From positions 1-59,883 of the forward strand of contig JAHITR010000124.1 in the NCBI GenBank assembly GCA_018817505.1: DNA of 59,883 bases, given 5' to 3'. The translations under genes were made by a program, and so were the position numbers. The stretch comes from Candidatus Bipolaricaulota bacterium. Lineage in GTDB: Bacteria > Bipolaricaulota > Bipolaricaulia > UBA7950 > UBA9294. Positions 38,336-47,119 of the stretch are shown here, piece after piece (within the stretch, counting starts at the first letter, position 1; every line of letters starts with the position of its first letter). A model generated the notes under the pieces. It did not search any database, was not told the DNA's origin, and was given only the letters and a program-made list of their open reading frames with translations.

Positions 38336-41300
38336 CTAGGGTGTGGGCACAGTTGCATCATGGAAATCGGCTTCCCAAATGCGCGCGAGTGTTGTCCCCA
38401 CTGCGTTGTTGCGGGCACGCAGTCGCATTCTGGTGACCAGGCCCTGGTCGAATGAGAGCTCGACCCATGAATGGCCTGTTCCGTCTGGACGATGCTCGGC
38501 CAATGAACCCTGGGTTCCCATGTAGACGTCAACCCAGGCACCATCACGATAGACGTCGATGTCCCACGACAGCATGTTGTTGTTCGGGAAAGAGTCACCC
38601 AACAACACGCGGATGCGATCGGATTGGATGCCTCCCGCAGGCGTATCAAGCATGAGGAATGAAGACCACTCTCCGCCTGGAAGCGGCGAGTACTCGGCAT
38701 CCGAGTTGTAGTTCGCGTCGATGTCGTCATCGTAGGCGCGGTTTTCAACGACCCAATTGGAGGCTGGATCCTCGAATGCCACTGGGGAAACCCATCCCAC
38801 GTCAGCTGTCGACCCTACGGAGATCGTCTGGTTGACAGAGGCCGTCGCGCCCTGATTATCGGTCACTGTGAGCTTGACTGTGCGCGATCCACTGGCCGTG
38901 TAGGCGTGGGTGACGAATTGGCCGCTTCCCGTCGCGCCGTCTCCGAACGTCCAGGCATAGGATGAAATGCTTCCATCAGAGTCACTGGAGGCGGACGCAT
39001 CGAAGGAAACGGTATCTCCGACGACGGGGCCAGCAGGAGCATAAGCAAAGGCGGCCACGGGCGGTGCGTTGGATGGGATTGGAGTGAGCGTCAGGGAGAC
39101 CGTGCTCGTGAGCCCCGCAGTCACAGTCACTGACGTGGTCGCAGACTGATAGCCAGACTTGGACACCACGACGGTATGAACGCCAGGCGTTACATTGGGC
39201 TGGTCGTGAGTTGTGTTGCCGACGAGTGTCCCGTCGATCCTCACCTGGGCATTGGTTGGGCTAGAGAGCACACGAATTGTTCCCGTCGTCGGCGTTGGGG
39301 ACACAACCTGGAACGAGAGTGTATCGAATACCCAGTTTCCGGCTGCATATTGTGACTGCATTGTTGCCATCACAGAGTTGCGGAACGAGGTCGGATTGGT
39401 GCTCAAGACGCTGAAGTAGCCCGAAGGAAGAGACGTCGGGAAGCTGGCGATGGGGCCCGAGGCGGCAAACAGATACAGTGTCTCCGTTCCCAACGGCTCA
39501 CTGATTCGGAGTGTGTACCCCGATGTCGCAGGGAACGTATGTGTGCCAGAGCTGACGTAGGCCGAAGATTCGAGCCAATTGGGGAACAGCAGCGTGACTC
39601 GACCGTCAGGAGCTACATCGCACAAGTAGACATAGGCCGCTCGATTGAGTGTATAGGTGATTTGAAGAATGTCATCGACTTGATAGGTCGCCTTGGGGAG
39701 AGACATCTGTGCCGCCAGTGCGGCTTGCGGCGCATTGACCGTAACCAGTGCAGTATCTGTCGATTGCTGTCCGCCCGAATACACAGTGAGAGCTGCGGTA
39801 TACGTACCCGGATTGGCGTAAGTGTGGCTCGTGGATACACCTTGTGCACTGCCCCCATCGCCAAAGGTCCAGACGTAACTGGTAATGGAGCCGGTGGATG
39901 CTGAGCCGCTGAAGGCAATCGGAGAGCCAGTGGTCCCTGAATAGGGCCCGCCAGCTTCAGCAACCAACGGGATCGCCGCGGCACTCACCAGCGCAGTCCT
40001 CGTGTTGTTGTTTTCCGTTGACTCCGTGACTTGATTCAGGTCATCAGCCGTCGCCGTGAATGTCTCTGAACCTGATGTGAGCGGCAATGCCAAATTGACG
40101 ACTTGTGACGCTCCAGCAGGCAACTGATTAATGTAGGTTTGTGTCGAAGAGCTCGTCCCCGCCAGTCGAACGCGGAATTGCCCGGCACTTGCCGTTCCCT
40201 GATTCACCACGGTGATGAAGAAGGTCACGCTTTGTCCGAGCACGGGCGATGCAGGGGTGTAGGTCATGCTCGAAACGATGAGGTCCGGTGCAGTGGCTGC
40301 TTGGACGGACACGGATCGAGTTGTCGTGCCGGTCGCGCCATCGTCATCGGTGACCGTCAACTGCACAGTATACACACCGGCATTCGCGTAGTTCTTGTAG
40401 GCAGTGACGCCTGATCCCGTATTGCCATCTCCGAAATTCCACACGTAGCTTGTGATGCTGCCATCCGAATCGCTCGATCCAGAAGCATTTAGCGTGAACC
40501 AGGTTCCAGGCGCGCCTGAACTGGGAGACACGGTAAATGCAGCATTAGGCGATTGATTGGCCGTTGCAGACACAACGACATATTGAACTTGCGTGCCGGT
40601 CGCTCCGTTGTTATCGGTGACGGTGAGCCGAACGGCATACGTTCCTGCGCTGAATGAGCGGGCTTGTGTGATTCCCGTCGCGTCGGCCACCCCATCACCT
40701 GTGAAGTCCCATTGATAGAGCACGATGGATCCGTCTGGATCCGTTGACGCACTCGCATTGAATGACACCGTCGATCCGGCTGTCGGAGAACTTGGTGAAT
40801 AGGTGAATGCAGCAGTGGGAGAGGCGTTGATCCCTGCGGGCGCTTGTAAGGTCAATCGTCCATTGCCGTAGATGTTGGAGCTGCCCATGGCGATGGTTTG
40901 AGACAGTAGCTGGGCACGCAAAGCAGACTCGCTTAGACTGGGAGTCTGAGACAACAACAAGGCTGCTGCGCCAGAAACATGGGGTGCTGCGCCAGAGGTC
41001 CCTGGGAAGGGTGCATAGGGGCTTGTCCCGGTAGCCACGTTGTCGGGAGCGACCAAATCGGGCTTCGTCCGCCCGTCATTGGAGGGGCCTTGCGAGCTAT
41101 AGGGCTCAATAGGTCCTGTTGTGTACGAAGCATGATTGACTGCACCGACAGCGATGACGTTGGCAGCATTGGCCGGGGCAAGAATGGAGCTGCTGGCAAT
41201 GACCGGTGACACCGTCTGATACAGATTAAACAGTTCCAGTGAGCGAGAGCCCACGCCTTGAATCCGAACAGTGTACAAGCCACTGGCAGTCGCTGTCACT

Positions 41301-42889
41301 TGGATGGATTCTGTCGGCTCTTCCGTTCCTGTTTGATGTTTGGTCGAGGACGCGACCAGATTGCTGGAGGGATCGAAAAGGTACAAGTCGTAGTCAGTCG
41401 AAGATTGGGGCCACTCGTTCCACGTCAGGAACAGGACGACAGGAGATCCTGAGGTGGCATAGAATGTGACATTCTGGTCGAGCCAGCCATCGGAGTTCCC
41501 ATCTGCGAACGATCCTTCCCAGTGATTCTGAGCCGAGTTGCCGGCGGCGTTCACCCATAGGATACCGCCGCTAATCGCGCGTTGAGCGATGTCGGCAATC
41601 GTTCCAGTACCGTCGTAATAATTTGTATTGTACCAGCCCAGTGAGTGGTTAATGATGTCAATGCCGTTGGACAAACAGTAGGTTACTGCGAGATCCAAAT
41701 CGACTTCATCGGCAATTTTGATCAAGTAGAGGCTGGCATCAGGGGCAATATCGTACACGATCTCAGCTACAGCAGTGCCATGCGAGATGCCTGTCGAAAG
41801 GCCGGTCCCGGTGAGGTCATTTTGGACCACGGTATAGGGCAGATCTCCCCGCGACTGTGCCTGCGCCAAACCCGAAAAACCCAGATCAATAATGGCTACT
41901 TTGCTGCCGCTGCCTCGGATGCCGGCGGCATGATAGGCGTCGGCTCCGATAGCGGCCACGCCTTCGCTCGGTGTACCGAGAGCGTAGGGTGTGTAGGGGG
42001 CGCGAATGAAGGCGACGCCAGTCAACTGCTTGGCCAATGCCGACAAATCGCCAATCGGAACCGTGATCTTGATCAGCGTCGATGTGGCTTCCACAGCATT
42101 CCCACTGACCCCCAGCCGTGACAGTGCGGCGACATTTGACGCATTGCGCCCTGGCTGTGATTCAATGACGACGGTCACGGTCGATTCCGTAGCCGAATAG
42201 GGAACACCATACAGCGCGGCGAGTGAGTCCAACGCTGCTCGTGCAAATGAGGGAATGGCGGTCGTCATTTGGCTGGCCATTGAGTTCAAAGTTGCTTGAG
42301 CCGCACCCATGAGTGCTTCCAAGGCACCGTCAAATACTGGATTGTGATCTGCTCGCTTGATCTTCTCCGTCGAAAATGCGGCCACGGTGGCTTGTGGTGA
42401 CAGTGCAGGCGTGCCGGTGGATGCTGATCCGCCTTGGGCGACGAATGCCAAGAATTCGAGAGCGATCTCTAGGTCACTCGGCCAGCTAAGTACACCCAGG
42501 AACCAATCTGACGCGAACGGGATTTCAATGCCCAAAGGCCGATTGTTGACGTACACAACCTCGCCCCCTCGATCAAGAAGCGAACGCTCCTGATCGGACA
42601 GATCAACAAGATATCGGGACAGTGTGCTTCCCCAGCTCTTGGGAACCATGACAAAGTGGAGCTTCCCACTCTTGGAAAAGGACTGGAGAACGATTTGCTG
42701 TGCCATGCTATTTTGAGCATAGCCCTGGAACCAGACACTGGAATTGAATTCCTGCTCGAATGTTGTGCCGATGCTATCCCATTGCGCGGCCAAGTCCTTG
42801 TCGATGCCGACGAGAATGTCGGCCTGACTGACAGCGGAGAGGGAAAGCACGGCAAGGACCGCGAGCGCAACTAGGATCGATCGGTTCAT
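38336..42889 (-). CDS. Giant secreted multidomain subtilisin-like (S8) serine protease, 1517 aa
   Basis: It begins with a signal peptide (MNRSILVALAVLAVLSLSAVSQA). The S8 triad contexts are VAIIDLGF (Asp), HGTAVAEIV (His) and GTSGAAPHVSGAAALL (Ser). At least four PKD-like repeats occur (W[DNT]F[T]GDG...). A CARDB-like segment (DLIVSSMTYTPASPVLGQSVTFFITVVNQG) and a PEGA-like segment (IRVLSSPTNAQVRIDG...VSKSGYQS) are present. The C-terminus looks like a discoidin/jelly-roll domain. Confidence 0.88.
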   Translation of the reverse strand: MNRSILVALAVLAVLSLSAVSQADILVGIDKDLAAQWDSIGTTFEQEFNSSVWFQGYAQNSMAQQIVLQSFSKSGKLHFVMVPKSWGSTLSRYLVDLSDQERSLLDRGGEVVYVNNRPLGIEIPFASDWFLGVLSWPSDLEIALEFLAFVAQGGSASTGTPALSPQATVAAFSTEKIKRADHNPVFDGALEALMGAAQATLNSMASQMTTAIPSFARAALDSLAALYGVPYSATESTVTVVIESQPGRNASNVAALSRLGVSGNAVEATSTLIKITVPIGDLSALAKQLTGVAFIRAPYTPYALGTPSEGVAAIGADAYHAAGIRGSGSKVAIIDLGFSGLAQAQSRGDLPYTVVQNDLTGTGLSTGISHGTAVAEIVYDIAPDASLYLIKIADEVDLDLAVTYCLSNGIDIINHSLGWYNTNYYDGTGTIADIAQRAISGGILWVNAAGNSAQNHWEGSFADGNSDGWLDQNVTFYATSGSPVVLFLTWNEWPQSSTDYDLYLFDPSSNLVASSTKHQTGTEEPTESIQVTATASGLYTVRIQGVGSRSLELFNLYQTVSPVIASSSILAPANAANVIAVGAVNHASYTTGPIEPYSSQGPSNDGRTKPDLVAPDNVATGTSPYAPFPGTSGAAPHVSGAAALLLSQTPSLSESALRAQLLSQTIAMGSSNIYGNGRLTLQAPAGINASPTAAFTYSPSSPTAGSTVSFNASASTDPDGSIVLYQWDFTGDGVADATGITQARSFSAGTYAVRLTVTDNNGATGTQVQYVVVSATANQSPNAAFTVSPSSGAPGTWFTLNASGSSDSDGSITSYVWNFGDGNTGSGVTAYKNYANAGVYTVQLTVTDDDGATGTTTRSVSVQAATAPDLIVSSMTYTPASPVLGQSVTFFITVVNQGTASAGQFRVRLAGTSSSTQTYINQLPAGASQVVNLALPLTSGSETFTATADDLNQVTESTENNNTRTALVSAAAIPLVAEAGGPYSGTTGSPIAFSGSASTGSITSYVWTFGDGGSAQGVSTSHTYANPGTYTAALTVYSGGQQSTDTALVTVNAPQAALAAQMSLPKATYQVDDILQITYTLNRAAYVYLCDVAPDGRVTLLFPNWLESSAYVSSGTHTFPATSGYTLRISEPLGTETLYLFAASGPIASFPTSLPSGYFSVLSTNPTSFRNSVMATMQSQYAAGNWVFDTLSFQVVSPTPTTGTIRVLSSPTNAQVRIDGTLVGNTTHDQPNVTPGVHTVVVSKSGYQSATTSVTVTAGLTSTVSLTLTPIPSNAPPVAAFAYAPAGPVVGDTVSFDASASSDSDGSISSYAWTFGDGATGSGQFVTHAYTASGSRTVKLTVTDNQGATASVNQTISVGSTADVGWVSPVAFEDPASNWVVENRAYDDDIDANYNSDAEYSPLPGGEWSSFLMLDTPAGGIQSDRIRVLLGDSFPNNNMLSWDIDVYRDGAWVDVYMGTQGSLAEHRPDGTGHSWVELSFDQGLVTRMRLRARNNAVGTTLARIWEADFHDATVPTP

Positions 42890-42904
42890 TCTGAGCTCCT
42901 TACA

Positions 42905-43693
42905 CTACGGAACGGATGGCTGATACGCGAGGCGTACGTAGCCGATAGACGTCGATTGGGCAAGCGCGACCAATCGATCAATGGGCAGAAGAAGCTGCAC
43001 GAGAGATTCGGATTCATCGATCACATACTCAGCAAACTCGGTCGCCAACGCGCCTCCGGGGATTTTCTCGGCCACAACCTCAACTCGAAGGCCGACTTGT
43101 GTGATGGCCTTGGTATTGGCATAGGCGAACCAGTCCTCAGCAACAACAAGTCCATACAGCGTGGAATCGAGAGGAGTACCGAGCGGTGATGCGGGCCCTT
43201 TAAGATCTGCCTTGGCGAATGATGCAAAATCAAGGTTGACTTCGTTGCCGAGAATGCCCATTTGCTGTAGCTCAGTTAGGACCGCAGTCAGTGTCTCGGT
43301 GATTGAAAGCTCGACACTAGGGTTGATGACCAGTTCGTAGCCAACTTCTGCCGGACGAACCGTGAACGTGTAGGTGTCCGTTGCTTGGCGCAGATAAAAC
43401 CGTTCGCTATCCACCAGAAGGATTGCGGCATCGGTCAGTGCAACAGATACGGCATCGTTGGTTTCCACTCCATCGCGATTTACCGATGCCACGTCCTCGG
43501 TAAATTGGATCGTCGAGAGTCCGGCAGCCTGCGCGGTTTGAACGAGGGCTGGCAGATCAAGCGTCATGCTGCCCAATGACAGAATGTAGTAATGGGTATC
43601 AGAAAAGCTCGTTGGCATATCCGCTCCATACGCGGTCACTGCTAGCGCAAACACCAAAAGTGCAAAGAGTAACGTTTTCCCTTGTCGAATCAT
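42905..43693 (-). CDS. Secreted hypothetical protein whose C-terminus resembles the pre-catalytic segment of the adjacent S8 protease
   Basis: The ATG at 43693 is preceded by AAGGAGG, and a signal peptide follows (MIRQGKTLLFALLVFALAVTAYGA). The C-terminus LVQLLLPIDRLVALAQSTSIGYVRLAYQP parallels LIKITVPIGDLSALAKQLTGVAFIRAPYTP in the protease. The maximal ORF (to 43900) would overlap the upstream gene. Confidence 0.65.
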   Translation of the reverse strand: MIRQGKTLLFALLVFALAVTAYGADMPTSFSDTHYYILSLGSMTLDLPALVQTAQAAGLSTIQFTEDVASVNRDGVETNDAVSVALTDAAILLVDSERFYLRQATDTYTFTVRPAEVGYELVINPSVELSITETLTAVLTELQQMGILGNEVNLDFASFAKADLKGPASPLGTPLDSTLYGLVVAEDWFAYANTKAITQVGLRVEVVAEKIPGGALATEFAEYVIDESESLVQLLLPIDRLVALAQSTSIGYVRLAYQPSVP

Positions 43694-43751
43694 TGGAGCC
43701 TCCTTTGTGATTCCATGTATCATGTACACGACCGCCCCCGGGTGGGTTCCA

Positions 43752-45176
43752 TTATGGCATGATGCCGTATTGTTTGAGGAGCGTGTCGATCTGGCAGGAG
43801 CAGTTCTCTCTGATGATTCGAATGAGGTCAGATGGAGAAGCCATCGAGTAGAGCATCGTCCCATAATAGCCTCGAAGGCTTCGGTAGAATGCATCATCAC
43901 CCAGCATCTGTCTCAAGTCGTAAAGGAATAGCGCACCGCCCGAATAAACGAACGCGCTGTAAATAGACGAGTTTGGGAACGCGTATTTCGGGCTGGCAAT
44001 CGTCAAGTAGCTCCAATCCTGTTTCGCTTGCTGATAGACATTGCGCCAGGTCCCAAGCTGACCACGTGCCGTTGTGTTGTCGAAGAACACGGAAAGGAAT
44101 TCAAAGGACAGGTAGGTGGCGAAGCTTTCATCGAGCCAGGGATGCTCGGAGACGTCATTCCCAATGCCCGCGTAAAACCATTGATGAGCCATCTCATGCG
44201 AGATAATGATTGAGAAGAAGAGATCCGTTGGATCATCCGTATATTGCGACCCAACAAGGATGAGACCCGAAAACTCAACACCGGCAGCACTTCGCAAAGG
44301 CACCTCGACCAGATCGACTTCATGAAATGGGCAGGGCCCGACGAGATCCTCGAATAGCTCTGAGGACGACACGGCCATATCGATAGCCAACCTCCCTGCC
44401 AATTCAGACGATGCTGTGAACCATGTGCGAATCGTGGTACGGCCAGACTCGAACGTCCGTGGTGTGTAATTTGAGTCTACGAGCACGAGAGAGAAGTCGC
44501 GCGCTTGGGTGGCCGAAAAGTCGTAGATTGTGGCGTCCGTTTCAGGATTCACGGAAATGAGTTCTCCGGACGTCACCGGCACGGGTCCAGCACGTGTCGT
44601 CAGCCGGACTGCGTAGTCGGCTGTGTCGCCCATGAGTGTGTCTCCGAATCCCGTACTGGGGTCCAGGGCCCATCCCTCATCGGAATAGACGGCGAGCATC
44701 GGATAGAAGGCGGTGAGTGTAAGCGCCGACGCGGACTTGGTAAGAAGACCATAGCCGGTGGCAGCAGATCCGATTGGCTGGAATTCGGGCCAGAGCGACG
44801 CCGCCCCGTTGAAGGCAATGGTAACTTCGATGGACGCTTCGGGCTGTAGGGGATCGTCGAGAGGGACAAGAACCACGGTGTCATCCAAGTAGAGTGAATA
44901 GGTCCTACTAGCTGTCTGGATACTGATATCAAGAATCTGAACAAATGCCGTCCCATACAGGCTGTCATCATTTGCGTACAGACGAAAGAAGAGCTCTGAA
45001 AGAGGCACTCCAGTCGAATTGGTGTAGGCAATCACAGCCGAGCCCTCGAAAACACCTGCGCCATAGTCGACGACGAGATCGAGCTGATAGCTCAACGAGG
45101 ATTGGGCCAAGCTCGACTGGGCCAATGAGCACAATGCGATCAGCACGAGCAATCCGCTGACTTTCTTGGTGATCAT
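43752..45176 (-). CDS. Secreted M1-family zinc metallopeptidase (aminopeptidase N-like)
   Basis: It has a signal peptide and the gluzincin signature HEMAHQWFY...(18 aa)...WLDESFATY. Confidence 0.85.
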   Translation of the reverse strand: MITKKVSGLLVLIALCSLAQSSLAQSSLSYQLDLVVDYGAGVFEGSAVIAYTNSTGVPLSELFFRLYANDDSLYGTAFVQILDISIQTASRTYSLYLDDTVVLVPLDDPLQPEASIEVTIAFNGAASLWPEFQPIGSAATGYGLLTKSASALTLTAFYPMLAVYSDEGWALDPSTGFGDTLMGDTADYAVRLTTRAGPVPVTSGELISVNPETDATIYDFSATQARDFSLVLVDSNYTPRTFESGRTTIRTWFTASSELAGRLAIDMAVSSSELFEDLVGPCPFHEVDLVEVPLRSAAGVEFSGLILVGSQYTDDPTDLFFSIIISHEMAHQWFYAGIGNDVSEHPWLDESFATYLSFEFLSVFFDNTTARGQLGTWRNVYQQAKQDWSYLTIASPKYAFPNSSIYSAFVYSGGALFLYDLRQMLGDDAFYRSLRGYYGTMLYSMASPSDLIRIIRENCSCQIDTLLKQYGIMP

Positions 45177-45269
45177 GGTCTCCTTAATCTATCACGCCAT
45201 TGCGATTATAGCGTGTGGACAGCTCAACAGGGCGCTTGGTCGCCTTCTATTCTGTGAGATGGTCGAGTG

Positions 45270-46388
45270 CTAGGAGTTCAGCGCATCTTCGTACATCTTC
45301 TCATACTGCGGCACTATCAGACGGTAGTCGAATTTCTTCCTTGCATGTTCTTGCGCAGCCATTCCAAACCGACAATGGTCCTCCGCATGAGTCAACAGGT
45401 TGATGGCATATGAAGCCATGGCATCCACGTCTCCGACGGGGGCAAGGAAGCCGGTTCGGCCGTGCTCAACGACCTCGGGAATACCTCCAACATCTGAAGC
45501 AATCACAGGAACACCACTGGCCATGGCCTCCAACGCAACGAGGCCGAAGCTTTCCGTTGAGCTGGGCAACAGAAAAAGATCGGCTCGTGCCAGCAGTGGA
45601 GCGACGCGGTCGACGATACCGATGAACTTGATCCGGTCGAGAATACCCAGTTCCTGTCCCATTTCACGGGCTACGATCGCATCAGGGCCATCCCCAACGA
45701 GGATGAGACGGCTATCGACGGACGCACATATTTTGGCGAACACGGCGATGACATCACGAATTCGTTTTACAGGACGAAAATTGGAGATATGCATGATCGT
45801 TTTTTGCGAATTCATGCTGCATTGCGGAATGCAAGGGCACGGCTCCAATTCGTGGCGCTCGGGATCGATGAAATTGTAAATCACCCTCAGTTCTCGTTGA
45901 ACGTCGAATTGGCGAATCGTCTCATCCTTGAGAAACTGAGACACAACAGTCACCGCGTCTGCGTTTTCGATGGTCATTTTGGTGACCGGCTTGAATGAGG
46001 CATTGTTGCCAACGAGCGTGATGTCTGTCCCGTGGAGTGTGAGCGCAACCTTGACATCACGGCTTCGAACAATTTGCTTCGCCAGCAATGCAGCAGCACC
46101 AAATGGGATTGCATAATGAGCATGAAGAATGTCGAGTTCGTGCGTTTCGGCAACCTCCGCCAGCTTCGAGGCGAGCGCGAGGGTGTACGGGAAGTGCTTC
46201 AGCAACGGGTATTGCTCGATTTCAACTTCGTGAAAGCTGACCCGAGGCGGTAATTCGCTCAACCGCAACGGCGTGTCATAGCTGACGAAGGCGACCTCGT
46301 GTCCACGTTCTGCCAAGTGCTTGCCCAATTCAGTGGCGACGACGCCGCTGCCACCGTGAGAAGGATAGCAGCAAATACCGATCTTCAT
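45270..46388 (-). CDS. bshA: N-acetyl-alpha-D-glucosaminyl L-malate synthase (GT4), bacillithiol biosynthesis
   Basis: The N-terminus MKIGICCYPSHGGSGVVATELGKHLAERGHEV is very BshA-like. The GT4 C-terminal motif is ESFGLVALEAMASGVPVIASDVGGIPEVV. Confidence 0.85.
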   Translation of the reverse strand: MKIGICCYPSHGGSGVVATELGKHLAERGHEVAFVSYDTPLRLSELPPRVSFHEVEIEQYPLLKHFPYTLALASKLAEVAETHELDILHAHYAIPFGAAALLAKQIVRSRDVKVALTLHGTDITLVGNNASFKPVTKMTIENADAVTVVSQFLKDETIRQFDVQRELRVIYNFIDPERHELEPCPCIPQCSMNSQKTIMHISNFRPVKRIRDVIAVFAKICASVDSRLILVGDGPDAIVAREMGQELGILDRIKFIGIVDRVAPLLARADLFLLPSSTESFGLVALEAMASGVPVIASDVGGIPEVVEHGRTGFLAPVGDVDAMASYAINLLTHAEDHCRFGMAAQEHARKKFDYRLIVPQYEKMYEDALNS

Positions 46389-46402
46389 GAAACCTCCCTC
46401 TC

Positions 46403-47119
46403 CTAGAACGATTCAAACATCAGATCCAACGGATTCTCGACTTCCAGACGACCACGAATCAGGAAACCTTCACCGAATTTGCAGCGAATGCGGGATCCGT
46501 GGTGCGCCATTCGGCTGCGAATGAGCCAGTCGGTGGTGGGCGACGTGAGTCTTGTTTGCGGCCCACGCTCGGCGTCCGGGCGGAATTGCGTGCCATAGGC
46601 GTAGATGGCTTCCATCTTCCGCTCAACTTGCTCGGTGATATCCACGACAAACGTGGGATCGAATTCGTACCACCCCATGTAATAGAACAATTGACTGGGG
46701 CGATAGGCCTCTTGACCTGTTTCGAAGCGAATGAGTCCGGAGAGGAAACAAGCCTCGTAAATGAGTTGCGAGGCGTTGTAATGATCCGGATGGCGATCCT
46801 GCCAGTAGGGAAGGAAGACGGCTTTTGGGCGCCAGCGGCGAATGGCTTCTGCAACCTTGCGTTTTGCTTCCGGAGTCGTGCCAATGTTGCCGTCCTCCAG
46901 TTCAAGATTGTCTCGCGCGTGGAGACCTAAGATTTTGGAACTGGCTGCGGACTCCTGCGCGCGAATATCGGCACTTCCGCGTGTCCCCATTTCGCCGCGG
47001 ACGAGATCGACAATCACGACCTTCAGACCCGCATCAGCCAATTTGATCAGCGTGCCGCCGCAGCCGATCTCTGCATCATCAGGGTGTGTGCCAAATGCAA
47101 CAACGTCAGCCTTGTTCAT
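46403..47119 (-). CDS. bshB: N-acetyl-alpha-D-glucosaminyl L-malate deacetylase (LmbE/PIG-L family)
   Basis: The motifs VVAFGTHPDDAEIGCGGTLIKL and HPDH place it in the LmbE-type deacetylases. It sits between bshC and bshA. Confidence 0.82.
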   Translation of the reverse strand: MNKADVVAFGTHPDDAEIGCGGTLIKLADAGLKVVIVDLVRGEMGTRGSADIRAQESAASSKILGLHARDNLELEDGNIGTTPEAKRKVAEAIRRWRPKAVFLPYWQDRHPDHYNASQLIYEACFLSGLIRFETGQEAYRPSQLFYYMGWYEFDPTFVVDITEQVERKMEAIYAYGTQFRPDAERGPQTRLTSPTTDWLIRSRMAHHGSRIRCKFGEGFLIRGRLEVENPLDLMFESF

